Of a DNA stretch of 64,000 bases, positions 52,700 to 64,000 are shown in pieces. The position numbers were made by a program, and so were the translations under genes. This DNA is from Octopus sinensis (lineage: Eukaryota): the NCBI RefSeq assembly GCF_006345805.1, contig NC_043000.1, forward strand, positions 37,076,001 through 37,140,000. The letters run 5' to 3'. Numbering within the stretch: the stretch's first letter is position 1; each line of letters begins with the position of its first letter. The notes beneath the pieces were generated by a model. The model ran no database searches. It was not told where the DNA came from and saw only the letters and a list, made by a program, of their open reading frames with translations.

Positions 52700-54338
52700 G
52701 CATACCACTAGTATGAAAATTTTTCTAAATTTTCTACCCTTGTAATTATATATATATATACAGACACACATACATACATATATATGTATACCTATCTATT
52801 TATATCTATATTTATACACGGCAGCTCAATTTGATTCGTCCTCAGTCAAAAGACATCTGCTGTTATATTCTTGTTGTTTGTATTCGTAATTGTGTACCAT
52901 ATTCTGCATGCTTTGTCTTTGTTGTCATACATGTTCACTAGCTTTCTTACAAAAAACCTAATACTCTTAGCTAAGACTTTTTGGGAGGCAACCAGATTGA
53001 ACAGTCTCAAGTGTAACTGCCTGAAACTGTAAGGACATCTGATAACTTGACTGAAGAAAGAAGGCCGCGAATGACTTGTCTCTTTTTTTCCTGTCCTTCT
53101 AATTGTTGTCATACTACCTGTATTTCGAAGACTAAGTATGTCACAAGGAGCTATCATGTTTCTGCCCGAGGATTACATTATGGGTACAAATGCCTGTGGA
53201 ATACTCAGTTACATAATTTATAATACAATGGGTAGAGTGGTCCTATAGCCTGATCAACGGGAATAGACATGATCAAAGACTATGTGACACCCATTTTAGA
53301 TTCAGAATTGTATTTCCTCAAAATGCACACACACACACAGAAAGATATGACTGTGTCTGGGTTTAAAAAGATTTGTTTTTATCAAAGATTCTTTTATATT
53401 AATTATATTTCTATATTATTGCTTTATGTTTAGTTTGGAACAATATGTTTACACCAATAAATACTTAGAAAGCAAAACCGTACTGGAACCAATAACCACT
53501 GCACTCTGTGGAGTCTAATGTCTTATTGTCAATACCACATTGTCTCTCTCTCTTTGTCTTACATATATATATTTACATGCATACACAGAGAGATAGACAT
53601 ATAAAAACATACACAGACATTCACATGAAAATCAATGAAAACAAAAAGAAAATAACACAGGAGGAACAAATTTGAGAATGTTTGTGTGTATGCATGCATG
53701 CGTCCGCACATGTGTGTATATTAGTGCATATGTATGTATTTCTCATTCAGTACCTATAAAATGTAACAAAACATATATACATATATATATGTTTTGTTAT
53801 ATATATGTATGTGTATTTGTGTATATATGTATGTGTATATATATACACAGAAAAATACAAGGATATGAGGGCTGTTCAATTCATAAAATCACATTAAACT
53901 GATAACATCGCAATGAAACCAATGATACCACATGCACACAACACACACACATTTTTAATGCGTTTGTATTTGTGTTTCTAGGCTTTGGCTGTTCAAAGTG
54001 ATTATTTTTATCATGCTTTCTGTTGGATGATACTGGAAATAGAAATATTGCAAAAAGGTTTTCAGTATGAGGGAGAAAGTTCTTCCTAATGTATGTGATG
54101 CAACAGATGTGAAATCTGTATTTTATTTTCAACTATCTTTTTACACACACACACACATAAACACACGTCATGCACTCACACACATATATAGAAATAATGC
54201 TATTAATAATAAGCTTATTGTACACGCATATCACACACACACACATGCTACACAACAGAATAAACCTTATAGACTTTATGCAAGTACTGAGTGTGTAGAT
54301 TAATTTGATGCATTGAGCACTTGTATATGACAGTAATT

Positions 54339-54395
<57 letters not shown>

Positions 54396-54794
54396 ATCAG
54401 CATCATCATCATCATTCTTTCAGTGACCACTTAACCATGCTTGCATGGGTTCCACAGAATTTGTCAAGGTAGATTTTCTATGGTATGTTGCCCTTCTAGT
54501 CACTATATATATATATATATATAGTGACAAGAAGGGCAACTGGTCATATAAATACATATATAATATATAGAAGAGAAGAAAAAGAAATGGAAATTGGGAA
54601 GTTAATAATTGTTTATTATTAACAGCAAATTAATCATCAGCACTTAAAGCTGTTTCAGTTAATACTCAGTAAATATTAAATTTGTATGACCAAAGCATAT
54701 CTTCAGAGGGGAAAAAGCATACCCTTGAATGTTTTATATGTGTTTATGGATTCGTTATAGCAGACTGAATTATATATATATATATATATATATA

Positions 54795-55742
54795 TTGGCT
54801 CAGTCCATAAATAATTGTTTTTGTTTTTATACTTCTTTTATTTTTCAAAATTAAAATAAACAAAGTTCTTTTTTAATCTAAAATATACTTTCATTAATTT
54901 CCTACAATGCTCTTCCATATATCTGGTTAACTTGCAAGACCCCTCTTTCAAACTTCACTTATCTTTGAGGATAAATAGTCCTTGAGTACTATTCTGACCT
55001 CATCTACAAAATTTATATATTTTCCTTCCAAATGATTTTGAAGACTGCAGAATGAATGATAATCAGTTGGGGCTATGTCCAGTGAATATGGTAGGTGGGG
55101 CAGCATTTCTGCTCATAGTTATTACTCTTCCATTTCTGCTCATAGTTATTACTCTTCCATTTCTGCTCATTGTTATTACTCTTCCATTTCTCCTCACCAG
55201 TCACTATTCGGTCCCAAAAAATGTTTATTCGTGAGACATGACTGCAAAGAAGAGCACACATTTTCTGCATGCTATTAGACTTGGAAAGTTTGTGAGGAAC
55301 CCATTGACCCAATTTTCTGACTTTTCTGATGGCACACAAGTGCTGATGAATTCTATCCTAATTCCTCAACAGTTACACTGGGATTTTGTTCTACTAGGCT
55401 TTGCAGGATGTCCTTGTCAAGCTCTCAGGACAAGGTTCATCTTCTAGGTTGTAGTTTCCAGCTAAGCGTTTCTGGAACTACCATTGACACTGGCTTATGC
55501 TTATTGTCTGATCCCCATATACGGCATTAATATTCCTTGCATTTTCCATTGTGTTGTTCTCTTTATTGAAATCATAATGCAAAATATGCCGAATATGCTC
55601 CTTTGTCACTTCTGTTACAGCTTTGAAAAGGTAAAATTACTACCTGCTTTTATAGCAAGTTGATGCAGGTAGTTTATCCTGTCCCCCTCTGACTATAATT
55701 CATGCAATTGAAAAAAACCATATTATTTATGGGAAGACCCAA
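54795..55742 (-). mobile_element. Internally deleted mariner, 948 bp, inserted in (TA)n
   Basis: TIRs TTGGCTCAGTCCATAAATAAT and ATTATTTATGGGAAGACCCAA; EHIRHILHYDFNK, LGQWVPHKL, RIVTGEEKW, then directly MLPHLPYSLDIAPTDYH. Confidence 0.9.
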
Positions 55743-55753
55743 TATATATATAT

Positions 55754-55797
<44 letters not shown>

Positions 55798-55896
55798 TAT
55801 ATATATATACTTGAGTAATGCACATAAATGTAAAACAAGGTAAGAAAAATAGTACTTGAATATTATTATTAAAGCTGCAAAAACATCACAAAATCT

Positions 55897-55933
55897 TGCT
55901 ACTCAGAGTTTCAAATTCCTGTTCATCGGGCAC
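55897..55933 (-). ncRNA. Hammerhead-like variant (U4 to C)
   Basis: TGC-CCGATGA-acaggaattt-GAAA-CTC[t]GAG-TA/GCA; stem I 3 bp, stem III 4 bp, stem II decayed. Confidence 0.45.
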
Positions 55934-56820
55934 TTGTGATCAACACACACACACACACTTCTGGTACCCCCTTGTGGTTGTAGTTCTTACAAGGATGATA
56001 ATAATTTCTTTGTAATATTTGGCTGTATTCAAAATTTGAAAGTGAAATTAAGAAATTATAAAGAAAAAGAATCACAGAATTCACGTATTTAGCTTTTTTA
56101 TTTTTTGTTTACACCATATGAAGTACTTAAACTTTCTAGTTGTTTGTAATCATATATAGTACTATTTCATTCTTTTTAGAAATTGCCAGCATGATATAAC
56201 CTGTGACTTATTAAACATTTTATGAAGTGAGACATTTCATTAGAGATGAAACTAGTTACTGCCTGAAAAAAGTTCATGAAATGTATGTGTGTGCTTTTTT
56301 TTCTCTTTCTCTTCATAGAACGTGAGCAGTTTACCAAATGTAGCTAATAGTTTCAGCTTTAAGTATGAAAAAATTTGCATGCTGCTTTCTGATACATACT
56401 TCAAGGTACAGACATTCGTTTCAAGCTGCTGTTTCGTAGCAGTAACCTTTCATTATGTAATATAACAGACATTCCTTCATAAACAATGCCTTGACATCAT
56501 CAACAGGTCCATAGATTTGCATGAAATTACAACTAATTTTTCAAACCTGTGTGGTCCTCCTAGTGGTTGCAGGTATTACAAGGGAGATAATCATTTCTTT
56601 ACGATATTTGGTGGGATTAGAAAGTAGAATTTAAAATTGTAAAAGAAATAGTTGCATAAAATTCACATATTCAGTTTCTTTTCTTTACTCCATTTTTGTT
56701 TATTAATGAAGTTCTCAAAATTCTTAGCCAGTGGTAAGCATGTGCAATCCTGTGTGTTTGTACACACACACACACACAAACATACATATATACACACACT
56801 GGGATGGCATACACACACAC

Positions 56821-57332
56821 ACTCTATAGCAAGCATTCAGGTCATGTTTCCAGTTGAGGCTTTCTCACTTCCTACCATCAGTTAAGGGTCAAGGGCACTG
56901 CCTTCTCTCCAGACAAAGAAATTTTTGAAATGTGTCTCAGATAGGAGCACCATATACTACAAACACATATCTGTCATCATCATCATTGTTTAATGTCCGC
57001 TTTACAAACTGGTATGGGTTGGACAGTTTGACTGAAGACTAGCAAGCCAGAAGGCTACACCAGGTTCCATTCTGATCTGGCAGTGTTTCTACAGCTGGAT
57101 GCCCTTCCTAATGCCAACCACTCCAAAAGTGTAGTGGGTGCTTCTTATGTGACACCAGCACGAGGGCCAGTCAAGTGGTACTGGCATCAACTATGCTCAA
57201 ATGGAGCTTTTTTACATGCTACCTGCATGGGAGCCAGTCCAGCAGCACTGGCAACAACCACGCTTGAATGTTGTTTTTCACATGCCACCAGCACATGTGC
57301 CAGTAAGGCGACACTGGCAATGATCAGTATGC

Positions 57333-57369
<37 letters not shown>

Positions 57370-57383
57370 ATATATATTATATA

Positions 57384-57416
<33 letters not shown>

Positions 57417-58168
57417 ACACACATAAATTCATCCAAATATATATGCATACACAAATGTATACACACACACAATCATATAGGCAACAGAAAAAGAGGGATC
57501 AGCTGAACTAATTTCAACCTTTGTTGTGATCTTTTCACTGTCTGACTTCCCTTTTCTTACTGTCTATAATAACATTGTATTTATATCCATTATTTATTTG
57601 TTTCTATATTAAATTGAGTACATCGCTTGCATACATGACAGATTCTTGGCAGTTTGATTTTATATATTATTAATGTGTTAGCAGTATTTATTTTTATGCT
57701 ACTTATATTTACACACACACACACATTTGAGTGTGTGTGTGTTTTAGAAAAGAGGAGATGGAAAGTGGGAGTGCAACAAGTTTACAATAAATACATTATG
57801 AATGTCAGTCATTCAGTCATTGAATCAGACAAACACCAGTGCAAGCTCTTGAAACACTTGTTGATTATTCAGTGCTACCACTGCCTACATTGTGAGGTGT
57901 TTACTAACATCCAGGCAGTTTGTTAAGAGTTGAGTGGTACACTTTATTAGTTGCCCAGTTTAATATCACCACCAGGTACCTTGGGTGCATTTAGCAGAAT
58001 CTACTCTATAGCAAGCATTCAAGTCATGTTTCCAGTTGAGGAGGCTTTCTCCCTTCGTACCATCAGTTTTAGGGACTCTGTTAAGGGTCAAGGGCACTGC
58101 CTTCTCTCCAGACAAAGAAACTTTTAAAATGTGTCTCAGATATGAGCACCATATGCTACAAACTCATA
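56821..58168 (+). repeat. Pair of ~150-bp direct repeats (56821-56969 and 58003-58168)
   Basis: ACTCTATAGCAAGCATTCA...GGGTCAAGGGCACTGCCTTCTCTCCAGACAAAGAAA...GAGCACCATAT in both; the second copy has small insertions. Confidence 0.9.
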
Positions 58169-61131
58169 ATTTGACAAAACCAAGAATGAGGTGGGGGGTA
58201 TCTTTGCATCACCTGAATATTAGAGATAGCAATCAAATCATCCTCAAAATATGTATTAGGAAACTATACATCTTTCAAGACATCTAAGTACCAATATAAA
58301 TGTTCAAGAACTTTAAACTACACATTTAAAATCATGACATACTTAGGTACTCCTTCTGGTCTATCATTCGAGAATCACTAATCTTGGCTGTGTGGTGAAT
58401 CAACCTTCACCGTTTCTTTCCATTGACTTCCTTGATCTGCTGCAATCACAAACATCTTCTGTTAATCATTGGCAGGTTTCCACTCTGCAGACATCAAGTC
58501 CAAATTATAAAATGATTGATACCTGCTTGTAATTTAATTACATACTGTAGTTTAAAATACTTGTGCGTACATGTATGTAAGTGAGTGTGTGAACTAAGAT
58601 ATACATGTACCATCTGTTTCACACAGTGCCATGATGATCAAAGACCTGAAAGAAATCGGTAATGGGATTTTAACAGTTATATTTAACACAGTTATAATTA
58701 CTTCAACCCCAAAATACATTCACCAACAATTTCCTTTATTGACTGTAATACTATACTAATCTTCTACTGGTTGTATTAACTGTTTTGTTTTTTGGCAGAC
58801 TTTATAATTGTGAGTAAAATACTGTGAAGTATTTGATAGCATTCCTTTACATTCTGAGTTCAAATCTTACAAAAGTTGACTCTGCTTTTCATCATTCCAA
58901 GTTCAATAAAATAGATACCAATTAAGGTGTTAGCATCAATATAATTAAGGTAGTGGTAGAGTAGTATAATCAAGGCAGCAGGCTCAAAATAATTAAAGTA
59001 CTGGAGTCAATATAATTAAGGTAGTGGAATCGATATATTTCTGGCCTTGTGTCTATGTAAGACAAAGACATCATTATTATTGTTGTTGATTCTGTGCTGG
59101 TGTCACATCTGTGCTGGTACCACATTGGTGCTAATGTCATGTAAAAAGCACTTGTGCTGGTGCCACGTAAATAGCTTCCATGCTGGCACCACACAAAAAA
59201 AGCTCTATTAAGTTTTTGGTGTGAGGAAGGCCATCCAGCCACAGAAATCATACCAAAACAGACAACTGGAGCTTATTACAGTTCTATGAGTTACCAACTC
59301 ATCAAACAACCCATGTCAGCATGAAAAATGGATGTTAAATGATGAGGATGATGATGATGATGTTTAACCCCATTCAGACCTGTTTGAGCAGACCTGCATG
59401 CTCTAGAGGAGATACATGGTTACCCCAAGATTGGTGAGAATAGCTGGGAAGCAGGGAAAGATGGTGGTGATAAGGTGCCAAAGTGAACACTCAAGATAGA
59501 AGAGGGTGAATGTGAGAATATGGGCTGTGGATCGTGGAAGAAGGAGAGAGTGAGAAATTTCATTAGAGTGTGAGAGGAGAGTGAGAGGAGATGGTTAGAG
59601 ATGGGGAGTAGAGGTGAATATAGAGAGTGATGATCAAAAGTAGAGGTGTGGTTGAGGGTAGAGATCAGTAAGGAGGGAGTGGGAGTGGAAGGTGAGGAGA
59701 TAGAGGTGAATCAGGAAGGAGAAGGTGACAAGGAAGAAAGGAAAACAGTGCGCCCATTAATTATTTGCTGTGGGTGTGTGCAGAAATTTGCAATGGGTGC
59801 AAGTTTTAGCCTAGGGCTACATAAAGCATTTATCTTCTTTAGTAGACCATCATCATCATCATCATTATCATCGTTGTCATTGTTGTCATCGTTTAATGTC
59901 TGCTTTCCATACTGGCATGGGTTGGACAGTTTGACTGAAGACTGACAAGCCAGGAAGCTGCACCAGGCTCCAATCTGATTTGGCAAAGTTTCTACAGCTG
60001 GATGCCCTTCCTAATGCCAACCACTCCGAGAGGGTAGTGGGTGCTTTATACATGCCACCAGTATGGGAGCCAGTCAGGCGGTACTGGCATCATAAGGATT
60101 CAACCATGCAAATCGGTAAAAAAAAAGATAATAAAAAAAAAATCATTGCATAAAACTAAGTTCTGTTTGAGTTAAATAATCACCTGGCTTCTTTTTAACA
60201 AACATGCAAAAAGGTGTTTGTAAAACTCCACCAAGTGAAAGGGGTACATTGAACTACAAGAGGTTGAGAATTACCGGTTTAAAGTAGGCGATGTATCATT
60301 TTATTGGGAGATGATTCTGAAGAGTATGCTGTTTGTGGTTGTTGGTAAATTGGTAGAAACATTAGCATGCGAGGACTGGTGCTCTGTCAATTATGATGAC
60401 ATGAGTTTCAGTTGATCCGATCAATGGAATGGCCAGCCCTTTGAATTATAGGTACTGTACATTTTTGCTAGCTGAGTGGACTGGAGCAATGTGTAATAAA
60501 GAGCCCAAGGACACAATGTGCTGCCAGGAATGAAACTCATGACCTTACAATTGTGAGCTGAATACCCTAACCACTAAGCCATGTGCCTTTTGTGAAAGAA
60601 AAGGCTTAGCAGTATTTCTTTCAGTTCTTTTCATTCTGAGTTCAAATCCTGCTGAAGTCAACTTTGCCTTTCAAATTCTTTTTGGAGTTGATAAAATAAA
60701 GTACTAGTCAAGTACTGAGATGGATGTAATTGACTGATCTCTTTCTCCTATATTTTCTTGCTCTGTGCCAAAACTTGAAAGATTGGAAATGAAGGACACC
60801 ACTTGTATGATGGTGACACTCATTTACAACTATCATGTGATGTCAATACAAAAAGAGACACTAACACACACACGCACAAACATATATATATGAAAGAGGC
60901 CCATTGTATATATACACACACACATAGGCTTCTTTCAGTTTCTATCAGCCAAATTGACTCACCACACTTTGGTTGATTGATCATTATAATAAAGTTACAC
61001 TTACCCAAGGAAAGGAAGCAATGTTTCCAACCACAAACCCATGCCTGCACCTATTATCATTGCTATCAACATGATCTTTATTTTTAGAAGACTAAAGGAA
61101 ATAACTGCAGAAGCATTGAAGATTTCAAGTA

Positions 61132-62108
61132 CAAAGTGTTTGGGCTAAATTTGACAGTTTGCATATAAGAAAAAGAAAACACAATATTTTATTGTGTCCA
61201 GGGAGAGTCATTCTGTTTTAATGCCTTATCAATTGACACACTCACTGGTTCGATTTCCACTTGTTTACTTATCTGTTTTTGTTTTTTTCTTCTAAAATCT
61301 CAATATCTTAAAGAATAAAAAAGATCAACTAGTGCATGGCTGTGAGATAGGTGCCCTCAGCTTCCATCATGGCCTTAAGACACCTCCAGAACCTGGCATG
61401 TGTTCTTCAGTATCCCTGGGAAGACCTTTGAGCTCCTACCTGATTTTTGCCACCAGTTCAACCTTGTTGTGGCAGGTAAAGTGAGTGGAATCTTTCTCAA
61501 CTGCATTCCACAAATAGTAAGTAATTCATGAAATTACAACAGGGAAAATTAGGACACCTGAAGTTGGGGCTGATGAAGTAGGAATTCTCCCACAAACACT
61601 TCTGACTCTTTCCAGGAGTATGGTAGGGAATTGAATCCTGCAGCCACACATATGATCTTCCAAGAGCAACTGTTTCCAGCTATGGATTGACCCCAGAATC
61701 TGGCAGTTTCATATAATGATCTGAATTGAACTTAAGGCCTTGTTCAAAGATGTGTAGATGAAATCCAGCTTGTGCATGCAGTCAGAACATTTGTTCTGTT
61801 GCTTCCCACTGGCCATGGCTTTATAGTCTCAGTTGCAGCTGTCCATGCAACATCTCACAGCATATTCAGCATTCACAGAGCATTGACCAGTAGTCAATTT
61901 GTTACCTAGCACAAATCATCATGATACAGATGAGTCTTTTCCAATATTCAGATAGCTTCCCGTCCTCCATGTCAGCTAACATTTCCACAACTAAAACTTT
62001 AATCTTTATGCTCTCCAATGCCATTGACTGTTCACCAATACATCAAACTGCTCCTGACAAAAAAGGAGACACAAAAAACACCCCTATCAAATTTAGCCTG
62101 AACACATG
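61132..62108 (-). mobile_element. Tc1/mariner element (DD37D/maT-like), degenerate and internally deleted
   Basis: Imperfect TIRs GTGTT(TG/CA)GGCTAAATTTGA(C/T)AG; PHIFEQGLKFNSDHY, YVWLQDSIPYHTPGKSQK, PNFPCCNFMNY, ARFWRCLKAMMEAEG; related to the 22330 fragment. Confidence 0.8.
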
Positions 62109-62369
62109 ATCTCCATACTTATTGATATTTTGGTCAGTTAATACCCAAACCCTAAAACTTCATCCTTATACATCTGTAAATTGAACCCTTTTCTACCCCT
62201 ACTAGAATATGCCCTGCTTCTCTTCAACTAGCCAGCCGTATACATTCTCCTGACAGCCACTACATGTCACTTCTCTTTCTCCTATCACAACTTTATTTAC
62301 ATTTCTGAATGCAGTTCTAAATCTGTTTACTAGTCATTCTTCCCCAGAAAAGTCTTTCTTTTTTTTTTA

Positions 62370-63060
62370 GGCACCATGTCCATAATGTAAGACATAGGTG
62401 ATCACAAACTGTCACAATTCTTCGTTTCCTGTAACAGTTCCACTTCCTGATGTTTAATGCTTCTTTCTTCCAACCAATTCCTCAAAGAATATCATTCTTC
62501 TCTTTCTTTGCTTCTTTTCCCTTCAATCTTTCCAGTCATCACTAAATTCTCCAGACCCGCTTTTGCTCATCACATGAACAAGATATCTCAGTTGTTTGGC
62601 CCCCTTATCTCACAAAGCAGTTTCTTATACACCACAGCCCAGGTCATCCCTTTTTTGTCAGACATTTTATCTGTCCATGTTATTCTCAATATTCTCCTTA
62701 AGAACCACATTTCCCAGCTCTCCAATCACCCTCTCATCCCTGATGTTATAGACCATGCCTCACTTCCATACATTAACACAAGGTAGACAGAGCGGTTCAA
62801 CACACAGGTCTTAGTTGTGATGCCCAGAGCATGGCTTCTCAAGAGGTTATACAATTCTGAGAATGCAGATTTTTTGCCAGCCCCAGAACAGTAACTCCTG
62901 AAAATTCTTTCTTCCTGTTCATATTTACCTGGCATTTTTTACTGACCAACAGAAGTGCCAATTAGACATTAGCTTCGTTGATGTCATTGGACTTGGATGG
63001 TGAGCAAAGGTCAACAGACACTGTCCCTTCTCATCTAAATACCTTGTTATATAAACCAAA
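62370..63060 (-). mobile_element. RTE-clade LINE 3' end remnant
   Basis: KSAFSELYNLLRSHALGITTKTCVLNRSVYLVLMYGSEAWSIT, YLVHVM and REKKQRKRR motifs. Confidence 0.8.
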
Positions 63061-64000
63061 CATGGCAAATAATTATGATAGAGGGTCATGTTTGGAAGTT
63101 TGCAAAATTAAGCTAATGCTTCGTTGATGGTTGGGGTGCCACATTGAAAAAATGAAATCCCACCAAAACCAACACTGGTATAACAGCATGGGCCAGTAAG
63201 AGAGCCTTTATTGATAAACATAGCCTGCTTAGAAATAGCAGTCAAATCTCTCTTATATCACACCTTGCTGTCTTAGAAGCAGAAGACAACACAGTGGATA
63301 ACATAGTCATGGATAACTGGAAAACTTATGAACATAGGTCTGCTAGAAATGGCAGCCAAATTTCCTTTAGATCATACCTTACTGACTTAAAAACTGAACT
63401 ACAACACATTGGATAATGAAGTATTGGATTGTCATAACTGGGAGACTTATGATCATAGATTTGCTACAAACAGCAGCCAAATAGGCAATCAGCAACATCA
63501 GTATCATTATATAATGAACAGTTCATTCATTTAACTGTCATCTCTTTTCCTCAAAAATAACAAGAATTGTGAGGAAAGAAACTCATTATTACAATATTTA
63601 ATTAAACAATTTGAAGTGAATCACAGATATATTGTTAATGTCCTTGGAAAATGTATGAAGGTCACAACCTCTCATATACTACGATTCTGAATCTCTGTGT
63701 TGTTTATTGTCATGGTGGATCAGATATATTTTGCCACGGCGTGTGTGTGTGTGTGTGTGCGTATAACTGTAGAATCACATAATTAAACTGTGTGTATACA
63801 TCCTAACAGTCTGCATGTGGCATATGTATCTTTGACTGTGTATGCTCATGTGTATGTGTAGTAGGAGAGACACTAAATGGAAATGTTTGTGTGTACGTGT
63901 GTGTCATTTATAGTCTCTGCATGTGGTTTATGCATTTGAATGTATGTGTAGCAGTATAAGCACACTGTATGGAACTGTGTGGGGATATTTGTTTCATAAT

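Noticed and set aside
52846-53157. 103-aa ORF vaguely like a pogo/piggyBac C-terminal region
   Set aside because: No catalytic motif or TIR identified; similarity too weak to call

Overview
AT-rich eukaryotic DNA saturated with (TA)n/(CA)n/(TACA)n/(TAA)n microsatellites and tRNA-derived SINEs. The repeat repertoire looks like an octopus (coleoid cephalopod) genome; this is inference from recalled repeat families, not a database result. I recognise no intact protein-coding gene, and most listed ORFs are microsatellite read-throughs. Identifiable coding remnants all come from transposons: two TIR-bounded mariner elements, several other Tc1/mariner remnants, a Tigger/pogo remnant, RTE- and CR1-like LINE ends, and an R4/Dong-like end in (TAA)n. 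Three things stand out. (1) About ten minimal type-I hammerhead ribozyme motifs of Penelope/retrozyme style are scattered through the window: one fully canonical, one in the tail of a tRNA-headed SINE, some joined head-to-head into hairpins. (2) Three long perfect or near-perfect palindromes sit against (TA)n tracts. (3) CpG content drops sharply near 36.7 kb, suggesting a germ-line-methylated gene body on the right, with a few candidate small plus-strand exons. Ends of decayed repeats are approximate (tens of bp); hairpin, TIR and ribozyme coordinates were counted base by base.
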